64,000 nucleotides of DNA from Bacteroidota bacterium (GTDB lineage Bacteria > Bacteroidota > Bacteroidia > Flavobacteriales_D > Crocinitomicaceae): assembly GCA_006226425.1 (NCBI GenBank), contig SBGX01000023.1, positions 7,603 to 71,602 on the forward strand, given 5' to 3'. Each line of letters begins with the position of its first letter. Position 1 is the stretch's first letter. The translations under genes and the position numbers were made by a program. Positions 46,581-55,442 of the stretch are shown here, piece after piece. The notes below the pieces were generated by a model. It was not told the DNA's origin. It ran no database searches and was given only the letters and a program-made list of their open reading frames with translations.

Positions 46581-47586
46581 TGTTCTTGGTTTTTAAGTAG
46601 GCTAGAAATGATTCGGGTTCATCCAGGTAAAAACCAATCTCTTTGTACGAGTGCTTGATACCGTAGAGCCCCCTGAATGTGGTTAATTGATCCAGTCGGA
46701 GTAGGAGATTGGGGGAATCTACACTTGAAAAGGGGGAGATTTTTTTAATATGCTGATCGTCATCTTTGAAATGGTATTGTTCCAATGTGAGAATGTTTTT
46801 TAATGGAATCTGTGCCTCGGAAAAGAGTCCGAAACGGAGATATAAATGATGTTCTTCGACGTGCACAGGTCTTTTGGACAGCGATTTGGCGATTCCGAGT
46901 ACCTGGATGCCAGTGTAGATACTTAAGATAGTTGCGATCCATGCGGCTAGTTCTGACCATTGGGAGAGTAGCAGGTGGATCATCCAGGTCTCTGCAAAAA
47001 CGGCTAGCAGAAGTCCATACAGAATGCTTTGAGCAGCACTTTGCTTGTGATAGCTAAATTCATCAGCCTCTAGCGGACGTCTTTTCCAGGAGAAAAAAGC
47101 AAAGTAAATCACGGTGAATTCGGTTGCGAAAATGTAAGCGACACGTTCTCCAAATACTTCCCGACAAGCTGCATTGACCCGGTCATAAAAGTCGCGGGAC
47201 ACTCCTTGTGAAAACTCCTGTCTGGCCCGGCGAATCTTTGTGAAAATAATGGCCATGACCGTCAATTCTAGGGCCGGAACAATAAATGTTTTTACCAAAG
47301 TCAGAATTCCCTGCTGCTCTTTGGGGATTAAAAAGTGGGCAATTACAACGCCAAGGACAAAGACAGGAATAAGACTCAGTTTGGAAATTGTAGTCTTGCG
47401 AATGAGAAAGAAGTAGACGAGTGGAAAGGTTAGGATGAGATCCAGAGTGATCGCCATGGATAGTTCATCAGGATGCTGTCTGAAGGCATCAGATTGCTTG
47501 ATGAAATACAGGGTGGAAAGCAAGCCAAGAAGTCCTACCAGGGCAAGCAATTGATTTCTGTATCTGAGAAAAATTGAATTTCCCAT
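46567..47586 (-). CDS. Hypothetical polytopic membrane protein
   Basis: Roughly 7 predicted TM helices plus a ~110 aa hydrophilic C-terminal domain. No motifs recognised. Confidence 0.45.
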   Translation of the reverse strand: MGNSIFLRYRNQLLALVGLLGLLSTLYFIKQSDAFRQHPDELSMAITLDLILTFPLVYFFLIRKTTISKLSLIPVFVLGVVIAHFLIPKEQQGILTLVKTFIVPALELTVMAIIFTKIRRARQEFSQGVSRDFYDRVNAACREVFGERVAYIFATEFTVIYFAFFSWKRRPLEADEFSYHKQSAAQSILYGLLLAVFAETWMIHLLLSQWSELAAWIATILSIYTGIQVLGIAKSLSKRPVHVEEHHLYLRFGLFSEAQIPLKNILTLEQYHFKDDDQHIKKISPFSSVDSPNLLLRLDQLTTFRGLYGIKHSYKEIGFYLDEPESFLAYLKTKNNEEV

Positions 47587-47721
47587 TGTTGATCGCTTAA
47601 GGTACGTACAAAGTTAAGATGTTATTGAGGAAAGGTTATGTTTTATTCATTCAAACATAACCCATGCTTGAAATGCTTAATAAGACGAAAGAGGGAACTT
47701 TGCACAAAAATTAGTACAAAA

Positions 47722-48351
47722 ATGGAATTGATTTTATTGGCATTCGGAGCACTGTTCTCAATCATTAATCCTTTGGGGACAATTCCCGTGTTTGTTGGTC
47801 TCACCAAGGAGCAGGATTTGAAGGAACGTTCACGGGTGGCTTTCTGGACCTCGTTCAATGTATTGGTGATCATTTTTCTTTCCTTTTATGCAGGACAATT
47901 TATCCTGAGTTTTTTCGGGATCAGTTTGAATGCCCTGAAGGTGGCGGGAGGTTTGATCATGTCTTCCTCTGGTTTTGCCTTGTTGACCGGAAAGTTCAGA
48001 GAACACAAAGGGATGAAGAAAAAAGGAGTTCAAAAGGATATTGAAAGTCGTTCCGATATTGCTTTGACACCTTTGGCATTGCCGATGTTGGCCGGACCGG
48101 GGACTATCTCCTTGTTAATTACTTATAATCAGGAGTATGTAGAATGGAAGGAGCGCATTTTTTTGTTGCTGGCCTTCTTGTTGATCGGATTGGCGATTTA
48201 TGTGATCTTAAAATCTTCACACTACATTGTTCGCATCATGGGAGAGTCTGGAATTCATGCACTTTCCAGAATTATCGGTTTCATTGTCATTGCCATTGGA
48301 ATTGAAATGATTAGTGGTGCTTTGTTCAACTGGATCGAACAATACGTTTAG
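47722..48351 (+). CDS. MarC-family (UPF0056) integral membrane protein
   Basis: Start at the Met at 47722 (MELILLAFGALFSIINPLGTIPVF), the MarC family N-terminal signature. Six TM helices. The 28-codon upstream extension in the ORF track is unlikely to be coding. Confidence 0.75.
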   Translation: MELILLAFGALFSIINPLGTIPVFVGLTKEQDLKERSRVAFWTSFNVLVIIFLSFYAGQFILSFFGISLNALKVAGGLIMSSSGFALLTGKFREHKGMKKKGVQKDIESRSDIALTPLALPMLAGPGTISLLITYNQEYVEWKERIFLLLAFLLIGLAIYVILKSSHYIVRIMGESGIHALSRIIGFIVIAIGIEMISGALFNWIEQYV

Positions 48352-48367
48352 CATCCTGCTACTACAA

Positions 48368-48405
48368 TAAAAAATGGCGCTGATTTTATTCAGCGCCATT
48401 TTTTA
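48368..48405. terminator. Bidirectional rho-independent terminator between the MarC-family gene and lpdA
   Basis: AAAAAATGGCGCTGA-ttttatt-CAGCGCCATTTTTT. Confidence 0.7.
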
Positions 48406-48422
48406 TTCAGTACATTTTCTAT

Positions 48423-49814
48423 TTACAGGTGAATCACCTCATCATAAGCCGCTGCTGCAGCTTCCATGACCGCTTCAGACATCGTCGGGTGCGGATGCAC
48501 GGTTTTGATTAAGGCTTCTCCAGTGACTTCCAGTTTTCTGGCAGCAACGGTTTCAGCAATCATTTCGGTGACGTTTGCTCCGATCATGTGTGCTCCAAGC
48601 AATTCTCCATACTTAGCATCAAAAATGAGTTTTACAAAACCATCCTTCGCTCCTGCAGCACTTGCTTTTCCAGAAGCTGAGAAAGGAAATTTACCCACCT
48701 TAATATCAAGCCCTTGTTCCTTGGCTGCTTTTTCAGTGATTCCCACAGAAGCAATTTCTGGAGAACAGTAAGTACAACCTGGAATATTTCCATAGTCGAG
48801 GGCTTCCGGATGGTGTCCGGCAATTTTCTCAACACAGATGATCCCTTCTGCAGAAGCTACGTGAGCCAATGCTGGTCCGGGAACAATATCACCGATGGCA
48901 TAGTAGCCTGGGATATTGGTTTGATAGAAATCATCTACCAGTACTTTGCCTCGATCTGTGGCAATTCCAAGATCTTCAAGTCCCAGGTTTTCCAGGTTCG
49001 TTTCGATACCGACTGCGGAAAGAACTACATCACATTCCAATGTTTCTTCTCCTTTAGCCGTTTTGACTTGAACCTTGCATCCTTTTCCGGAGGTGTCTAC
49101 CGATTCAACAGCAGATCCCGTCATGACCTTGATGCCTGATTTCTTGAATGATTTTTCCAGTTGTTTGGATACTTCTTCGTCTTCCACCGGAACGATATGC
49201 GGAAGGTATTCCACAATCGTTACTTCCGTACCAATGGCATTGTAAAAATAAGCGAATTCCACTCCAATAGCACCCGACCCCACAACGATCAATTTTTTAG
49301 GTTGTTCAGCAAGTGACATGGCCTCGCGGTAACCAATGATTTTCTTCCCATCCTGAGGAAGGTTTGGCAATTGTCTGGAACGTGCTCCAGTTGCCAGAAT
49401 CACTCCTTTGGCGGCAGTGTATTCTGTATCCTTACCATCTTCTCCGGTAACGACTACTTTTTTTCCTGCTTTGATTTTTCCGTGTCCTTTCAGAACATCA
49501 ATTTTGTTCTTTTTCATTAGGAACTGAATCCCATTGCTCATTCCATTCGCGACACCACGACTTCGTTCAATCATGGCACCGAAATCAGCCTGGGCATCTT
49601 TCACCTGAATACCGTAATCGGAAGCATGTGACAGATACTCAAAGACATTGGCACTTTTGAGGAGTGCTTTTGTTGGGATACATCCCCAATTCAGACAGAT
49701 ACCACCCAGGGATTCCTTTTCAACAATGGCTGTTTTCATTCCCAATTGAGAGGCTCTGATCGCCGTCACGTAACCACCGGGGCCACTTCCAATAACTATA
49801 ATATCGTAACTCAT
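48423..49814 (-). CDS. lpdA: Dihydrolipoyl dehydrogenase (E3)
   Basis: 463 aa. FAD-binding GSGPGGY, redox-active disulfide GGICLNWGCIPTK, an NAD-binding GxGxxG and the C-terminal dimerisation His/Pro/Glu motif (HPHPTMSE). Confidence 0.9.
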   Translation of the reverse strand: MSYDIIVIGSGPGGYVTAIRASQLGMKTAIVEKESLGGICLNWGCIPTKALLKSANVFEYLSHASDYGIQVKDAQADFGAMIERSRGVANGMSNGIQFLMKKNKIDVLKGHGKIKAGKKVVVTGEDGKDTEYTAAKGVILATGARSRQLPNLPQDGKKIIGYREAMSLAEQPKKLIVVGSGAIGVEFAYFYNAIGTEVTIVEYLPHIVPVEDEEVSKQLEKSFKKSGIKVMTGSAVESVDTSGKGCKVQVKTAKGEETLECDVVLSAVGIETNLENLGLEDLGIATDRGKVLVDDFYQTNIPGYYAIGDIVPGPALAHVASAEGIICVEKIAGHHPEALDYGNIPGCTYCSPEIASVGITEKAAKEQGLDIKVGKFPFSASGKASAAGAKDGFVKLIFDAKYGELLGAHMIGANVTEMIAETVAARKLEVTGEALIKTVHPHPTMSEAVMEAAAAAYDEVIHL

Positions 49815-49975
49815 ATCTTATTAATTTCAGGTGTCGCGAATTTAATTAAAAAATATGAATCTATGTGTCGGATGTAAGCACTCTTCAAGCACCTGCATAT
49901 GTCGTATTTTTGAAGCGGAATACCGTAGGAAGAGGTCAAAAGATGTATATTTGAAATAAATCAAAAATTAAAGTT

Positions 49976-50749
49976 ATGAAAATCAACTCAATCGCATTTA
50001 TTCTGGTTTTGCTGCTTTCTACGACCGCTTTCGGGCAAAAAGTAAAATACCAGATCAACAAGGATATGGAACTTAAGATTAAATCCGATAATGGAAATAA
50101 CGGTCTGGCCGTGGTCTACAATAAGAAAAAGAAAATATACTATACCATTTATGCAGGGAACAAATCCTATCCTTTGGAAGTGCATGATCTGTCCGGAACA
50201 TCTGTTTACCAGATGAGATCAGATGTTGATGCAAGAGGGATGTGGTATGACAAAAAATGCAATTGTTTGATGGGGACTGTTTACGGTAATGCCGGTTCCT
50301 ATGAAATAGAATTGAATGCAGATGGAATGCCGGTGAGAACAACTGAGAACTCGAAAACGTACAATTTCGATGGACAGGGGGTTGCAGTAGCTGGAAAAAA
50401 ATACATTTATCATATGGCTGCTGGAGGAAGTTTGGTGAAAGTTCACAAAAAAAGTGGGGCAGTTAGCCAAATTTCAATCAAAGATGCGTACCCTAAGTTT
50501 TACAATCTGAATGTAAACGGAATTGTTTACACCGGAATTAAAGGACATGAGATTGGTTTGGTGAATGCTACTGAAAAGAAACTGGTTTTGTTTAATGCTA
50601 AAACCGGAAAGATGGCTGCCAATATCCAGATCAATGCAGACGGAGCTGATGTTTCAGGACACTTCCGTGTTTCTTTTGCCAACGGAAGACTCTTCCTGTA
50701 TCAGGGAAATACCAGAAGCTGGTACGGATACAAAGTATCGAACAAATAA
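49976..50749 (+). CDS. Hypothetical secreted protein
   Basis: Signal peptide. Gly/Asn/Lys-rich, predicted beta-rich. No family recognised. Confidence 0.45.
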   Translation: MKINSIAFILVLLLSTTAFGQKVKYQINKDMELKIKSDNGNNGLAVVYNKKKKIYYTIYAGNKSYPLEVHDLSGTSVYQMRSDVDARGMWYDKKCNCLMGTVYGNAGSYEIELNADGMPVRTTENSKTYNFDGQGVAVAGKKYIYHMAAGGSLVKVHKKSGAVSQISIKDAYPKFYNLNVNGIVYTGIKGHEIGLVNATEKKLVLFNAKTGKMAANIQINADGADVSGHFRVSFANGRLFLYQGNTRSWYGYKVSNK

Positions 50750-50759
50750 GAAATAAATC

Positions 50760-52142
50760 TTAGATCAGGGCCTTTAGCTCATCGATGAATCGGTGGGCAA
50801 AGGCATCTGCATCTTCTTTACTCGGTCCCTCGGAATAAATCCGGATAATAGGTTCTGTGTTACTTTTACGTAGATGCACCCATTGATTCCCCATGTAAAT
50901 TTTCAAACCGTCACTCAGGTCAATCTCTTCACTGGCATATTTGCTAGCCAATTTCTCAAGAAGTTGATCTACATTGATTGCAGGAGTCAACTGAAGTTTG
51001 TTTTTTGAGATGACATATTTCGGAAGTGAATCACGGAGTTCACTGGCTTTTATGTTCTTTTTAGCCAAATGCGACAAAAAGAGTGCAATTCCAACCAAGG
51101 CGTCCCTTCCATAGTGTAGTTCCGGATAAATGACTCCTCCATTTCCTTCCCCACCAATCACGGCGTTACAAGCTTTCATTTGCTTAACCACATTGACCTC
51201 ACCAACTGCCGCGGCATGATAGTTTAGACCACGTTTCTCGGTGATATCACGCAGCGCACGGGTAGAGGAGAGGTTCGATACCGTAGCTCCTGGAGTGTGA
51301 TCAAGCACATAATCAGCGACAGCAACCAGCGTATATTCTTCTCCAAACATACTTCCGTCTTCGCAGATCATTGCCAGGCGATCTACATCCGGATCAACAG
51401 TGATCCCTAGATCGGCTGATTCGCGACGGATCAATTCTGATAAATCGCCCAAATGCTCCGGAAGTGGTTCCGGGTTATGTGGAAAATGTCCGGTCGGATC
51501 ACAATAAATCTTTTTAATTCGATGAACTCCCAGCGCTTCCAGCAATTTGGGAACAAAAATTCCACCGGTAGAATTCACAGCATCAACGGCGATACAAAAA
51601 TCGGCTTCCCGAATGGCCTGAACGTCTACCAAATTCAGGGCTAAAATGGCCTGAATGTGTTTTTCGAGGTATTGATCATTTTGTTCAACCTTCCCCAATT
51701 CATCAACGGAGGCAAACTCGAAAGCTTCCTTTTCCGCATTGTCAAGGATCCATTGTCCTTCTTCGGCAGAAATAAATTCGCCTTTCGCGTTCAGTAACTT
51801 CAGGGCGTTCCATTCTTTTGGATTGTGACTGGCAGTCAGTATAATTCCTCCTTGAGCCTGTTCCATGGGAACGGCAACTTCTACGGTGGGGGTTGTTGAG
51901 AGCCCAAGATCAATGACGTGAATGCCAAGTCCAACGAGCGTGGCGTTCACCAATTGACTGATCATTTCACCTGAGAGTCGGGCGTCTCGTCCAACGACGA
52001 CTTTAATGGGAGCCGGGTTGTTTGTTTTGAGCCAGGTTCCATAGGCGGCAGCAAATTTAACTGCGTCTACCGGGCTTAATCCTTCTCCGACCTTTCCACC
52101 AATGGTTCCACGAATTCCAGAAATTGATTTGATTAAGGTCAT
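50760..52142 (-). CDS. glmM: Phosphoglucosamine mutase / phosphohexomutase family
   Basis: 460 aa. Active-site Ser loop TASHNP, a metal-binding DPDVDR loop, and an N-terminus SGIRGTIGG typical of Bacteroidota GlmM. Confidence 0.8.
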   Translation of the reverse strand: MTLIKSISGIRGTIGGKVGEGLSPVDAVKFAAAYGTWLKTNNPAPIKVVVGRDARLSGEMISQLVNATLVGLGIHVIDLGLSTTPTVEVAVPMEQAQGGIILTASHNPKEWNALKLLNAKGEFISAEEGQWILDNAEKEAFEFASVDELGKVEQNDQYLEKHIQAILALNLVDVQAIREADFCIAVDAVNSTGGIFVPKLLEALGVHRIKKIYCDPTGHFPHNPEPLPEHLGDLSELIRRESADLGITVDPDVDRLAMICEDGSMFGEEYTLVAVADYVLDHTPGATVSNLSSTRALRDITEKRGLNYHAAAVGEVNVVKQMKACNAVIGGEGNGGVIYPELHYGRDALVGIALFLSHLAKKNIKASELRDSLPKYVISKNKLQLTPAINVDQLLEKLASKYASEEIDLSDGLKIYMGNQWVHLRKSNTEPIIRIYSEGPSKEDADAFAHRFIDELKALI

Positions 52143-52160
52143 GATCTGTTTTTTGAAATG

Positions 52161-52652
52161 TTATCGCATGCTTTTTTTGAGCGCCATCATCTTGAGACAG
52201 GCGATGGCGCTTTCGACTCCTTTGTTTCCGTGTTTTCCTCCGGATCGGTCAATGGATTGTTGAATGTTGCCATCTGTCAGAACACAGAAAGCAACTGGAA
52301 TTCCTTTTTGCAAATTCAGGTCCATGATGCCCTGGGTGGCTCCCTGGCAAACAAAATCAAAATGCCTTGTTTCTCCCTGAATCACCACTCCGATGACCAC
52401 CACGCCATCCAGTTGATAGTGTTCCAACATCCATTTGGCTCCCAAAGGAAGTTCAAAGGTTCCTGGGACGTGTTTGATGATAATGTCGGACTCAAGGATG
52501 CCACTTTCCAGGAAAGTATCTTTTGCTCCTTGAAGGAGGTTGGAAGTAATTCCGTCGTTCCATTCAGAAACAACAATGCCGACTTTAAAATCGGCACCGT
52601 TAGGAAGTGAATCCTTTGAATATTCTGACAAATTTTTATGGATTGTCGCCAT
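52161..52652 (-). CDS. ribH: 6,7-dimethyl-8-ribityllumazine synthase
   Basis: 163 aa. Conserved VPGTFELP, GVVVIGVVIQGETRHFDFV and QGIMDLNL blocks. Confidence 0.9.
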   Translation of the reverse strand: MATIHKNLSEYSKDSLPNGADFKVGIVVSEWNDGITSNLLQGAKDTFLESGILESDIIIKHVPGTFELPLGAKWMLEHYQLDGVVVIGVVIQGETRHFDFVCQGATQGIMDLNLQKGIPVAFCVLTDGNIQQSIDRSGGKHGNKGVESAIACLKMMALKKSMR

Positions 52653-53293
52653 TATTTTTTTCGTTGATTAGCTACACGAGCAATGTACTTGTCAATCGTT
52701 TTATAATTTGCAAAATCTCTGTAGTTGTCTTTAATCTCGTTGTAAAGGGCATGTGCCTTTTCTGGATTTTTCATTTCCTCTGCGCAAAGACCTGCTTTGA
52801 AAAGATATTCAGGAGAAGTCTTTTCGTTTTCGTTCGTGTGAGCTGCTTCTTCATACAATTCAATGGCCATTTTGTAATTGCCCATTTCTGAATAACAGTC
52901 TCCTTGAAGTCCAATGGAATATACCGCAACAAACTGATCATCTACGTTGACATCCTGCAACTCCTCCAGAGCTTTTTTGAATTCGCCTTTTTCCATGTGT
53001 TGTCTGGCCAGAACAAACTGAGCCAATTCACCACCGACTTTTCCGTCATATTTCTTGACTACGCGACTCAATTCAGAAATAGCCTGATTCGTTGAATCTT
53101 TGGCTGCATAGTTCAATCCTGCGTAATAAGAATCCATCGATTTCTCATTGGCTGGTTTCCAAATGAATTGCTTGTATAAAAAGTATCCCAGAATGATCAG
53201 TACAACAGCACCCACTCCAATGGAAACCATTCGAAGTGTTTTGTTCTTCTTGAACTCATTCTTTATATCCTGTCCGGTAATATCTTCTAACAT
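52652..53293 (-). CDS. Membrane-anchored TPR-repeat protein
   Basis: One N-terminal TM helix followed by 3-4 TPR-like repeats. Its stop overlaps the ribH start by 1 nt. Confidence 0.55.
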   Translation of the reverse strand: MLEDITGQDIKNEFKKNKTLRMVSIGVGAVVLIILGYFLYKQFIWKPANEKSMDSYYAGLNYAAKDSTNQAISELSRVVKKYDGKVGGELAQFVLARQHMEKGEFKKALEELQDVNVDDQFVAVYSIGLQGDCYSEMGNYKMAIELYEEAAHTNENEKTSPEYLFKAGLCAEEMKNPEKAHALYNEIKDNYRDFANYKTIDKYIARVANQRKK

Positions 53294-53380
53294 TGTTTTA
53301 AATTTCAGGTCTGCAAAAATAGTTTTTTTTTTGTAAAAAGACGGTTGGGAAGAAGATTATTTCCCACAGACCTGGTACAA

Positions 53381-53413
53381 AGAAAAAAGCCACCCGTCAA
53401 AGGACGGATGGCT
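53381..53413 (-). terminator. Rho-independent terminator of the small Lys/Cys-rich peptide gene
   Basis: Stem GCCACCCGTC...GACGGATGGC with a preceding plus-strand A-run, which gives a T-run on the minus strand. It is 20 nt past the small ORF stop. Confidence 0.6.
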
Positions 53414-53433
53414 TCCAACAAAAGTTCTAAAAC

Positions 53434-53664
53434 TTAGTTTTTATCTTTTTTTGATCCGCACTGTTTCTTCTTAGCGCAGCAAGATTTTTCGGCTCCTTTT
53501 TTGGAAGAGCAACAAGCAGATTTCTTTTTCTTCTTTTTCTTTTTCTTGTCGTCTTCTTTTTTGATTTCAACGTTTGTTCCGTTAACAGCATTTACAGCAG
53601 CAGTAGCCATAGATCCGGTAAACAACAACAAAGACAATACGATTGCAATCTTTTTCATAGTCAA
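53434..53664 (-). CDS. Small secreted lysine-rich, cysteine-containing peptide (76 aa precursor)
   Basis: Clear signal peptide (MTMKKIAIVLSLLLFTGSMATAAVNA). The mature ~50 aa is extremely basic (a K11 run) with five Cys arranged CC-x9-CC-x5-C. It has its own terminator and lies 32 nt downstream of psd. Confidence 0.45.
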   Translation of the reverse strand: MTMKKIAIVLSLLLFTGSMATAAVNAVNGTNVEIKKEDDKKKKKKKKKSACCSSKKGAEKSCCAKKKQCGSKKDKN

Positions 53665-53696
53665 TTGATTTTATTTCTTCAAAGTTAAGATATAAT

Positions 53697-54359
53697 TTAA
53701 AACTCGGCAAGTTTGTTTAGCTTCGCGCGCACTTTTTCACCGATTTTAACATTTATTTTAGAATTTAATGGTAGAAAAATATCGATCCGCGACCCGAATT
53801 TGATGAATCCGAACTCTTCTCCGGCCTTTACTTCCTGGTTTTCCCCGACATAATAGCAAATTCTCCGCGCTACGGCCCCGGCAATTTGTCTGAAGAGAAT
53901 TTCTTCACCATTTGGATGTTCTACGACCACGGTTGACCTTTCATTGTCCGTGCTACTCTTCGGATGCCAGGCGACAAGGAAGCGTCCAGGATGGTATTTG
54001 ACATATTTCACAATCCCCTTAATTGGGTGGTAATTGGCGTGGACATTGAGAGGAGACATGAAAATTGAAATTTGGATTCTCCGATCATGGAAGTATTCTG
54101 TTTCCTCGACTTCTTCGATCACAACGACCTGTCCATCAGCAGGACACATAATGTCATTTTCCTGCGCTTCACAGTTTCGTTTGGGAACTCTGAAGAATTG
54201 AATCACCAGGACATATAGTGTGAGAATTCCAATATTCAACAATATAAACAACCACAACCATTCCGTGTATTTGTACAGGAAATAGTTACCAAGGGCAATG
54301 CCTCCAAGGATCAACGTTGCGATCGCAATAATCAGATAACCTTCCCGGTGCAGTTTCAT
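53697..54359 (-). CDS. psd: Phosphatidylserine decarboxylase proenzyme (short form)
   Basis: 220 aa with N-terminal TM helices. The FGSR self-cleavage (G-S) site lies near the C-terminus (FIKFGSRIDIFLP). Confidence 0.8.
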   Translation of the reverse strand: MKLHREGYLIIAIATLILGGIALGNYFLYKYTEWLWLFILLNIGILTLYVLVIQFFRVPKRNCEAQENDIMCPADGQVVVIEEVEETEYFHDRRIQISIFMSPLNVHANYHPIKGIVKYVKYHPGRFLVAWHPKSSTDNERSTVVVEHPNGEEILFRQIAGAVARRICYYVGENQEVKAGEEFGFIKFGSRIDIFLPLNSKINVKIGEKVRAKLNKLAEF

Positions 54360-55192
54360 AATCCAAATTTGCTGCTAAGGTAAGCATAAAACAGCCACCA
54401 GAAAAAATAAAGGGGTGCGGCGATTATCATGGCATCAAAGCGATCCAAAATCCCTCCGTGCCCCGGAAGTACGTTCCCCGAATCTTTTATGTTTAGACTC
54501 CTTTTAATCATGGATTCGAACAAGTCTCCAATCATGGAAGCAGCAGAAATTAGGATGGCGGCCACTACCCAAAATAAATAACTGTGGCCACGTTCAAAGA
54601 AGTGTGCCAGGATGAGAGCTGCGAGTATCGTGAAGAGAACACCCCCCAAAGTTCCTTCCCAGGTTTTTTTGGGAGAGATGCGTTCGAAAAGAGGTGTTTT
54701 TCCGATGAATCTTCCACTGAGATAGGCAAAACTATCATTGGTCCAAATCAGGACGAACATACCAATAGCCAAAGGAAGTCCGGGAAAGGAATTTCGAACA
54801 AGGATTACGGTCAGGAGAAAAGGGATCACCAGGTAAAAGATTCCAAAAATTCCGGCGGAGACATTGAGTAGTGGATGTTCTTTTTTTCTCCAAATTTCAC
54901 TAAGTACATAGAAAAGCAGGATGGGGATGATGAAAATCACGCTTTGCCAGTCCAGCAGCCAGCATGCGATTCCACTGAGCAATAGATAAAGGGTCATCGC
55001 GACCCCGATAAAGAGTTTGATCGGAAGATGAACTTGAGGAACCAGGATAAAAAAGGAGCAGTATTCCCAAAGTGCACCAAATAGGTAGAGTCCCATGACA
55101 ATGGCAAAGACAATCGGGTCCAACAAGATGGAAAGCAGGATGGAGCCTACAAAGACAATTCCTGTAATGCTCCTAGTTAGCAGATTCTTCAT
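54356..55192 (-). CDS. cdsA: Phosphatidate cytidylyltransferase
   Basis: 278 aa, polytopic, with the C-terminal CTP-transferase signature (SMIKRSLNIKDSGNVLPGHGGILDRFD). Overlaps the psd start by 4 nt. Confidence 0.8.
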   Translation of the reverse strand: MKNLLTRSITGIVFVGSILLSILLDPIVFAIVMGLYLFGALWEYCSFFILVPQVHLPIKLFIGVAMTLYLLLSGIACWLLDWQSVIFIIPILLFYVLSEIWRKKEHPLLNVSAGIFGIFYLVIPFLLTVILVRNSFPGLPLAIGMFVLIWTNDSFAYLSGRFIGKTPLFERISPKKTWEGTLGGVLFTILAALILAHFFERGHSYLFWVVAAILISAASMIGDLFESMIKRSLNIKDSGNVLPGHGGILDRFDAMIIAAPLYFFWWLFYAYLSSKFGL

Positions 55193-55442
55193 TGGGATCT
55201 ACAATTTCCTTGGCTTGGTCGTAAAACTTTCCCGGGACGCGGATTGCGATATAGCTCTTTTTTTCAGATCCCACATTGCGGAGGTCAAGCATATAAACTG
55301 GGATGTCGTGTTCTTCCAGGATGCTTTTCACCTCCAATGCACGTTTCATGTCGTACAATCGGGCAAACTCCTTAAAGGTTCTCTTATTATGGTATTTGTC
55401 CTTATTCCGAAATCCGTTCGTTATCTTTCTCCAAATCCCCAT
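55173..55442 (-). CDS. Small hypothetical protein between ftsH and cdsA
   Basis: 89 aa basic protein. It overlaps the ftsH 3' end by 41 nt and the cdsA start by 20 nt, so its coding status and start are uncertain. Confidence 0.35.
   Translation of the reverse strand: MGIWRKITNGFRNKDKYHNKRTFKEFARLYDMKRALEVKSILEEHDIPVYMLDLRNVGSEKKSYIAIRVPGKFYDQAKEIVDPNEESAN

Noticed and set aside
53520-53560. (AAG/AAA)n homopurine tract as an intergenic microsatellite
   Set aside because: It is in-frame within a small ORF that has a signal peptide and a terminator, where it encodes a K11 run. It is kept as a possible slippage site inside the peptide finding instead.
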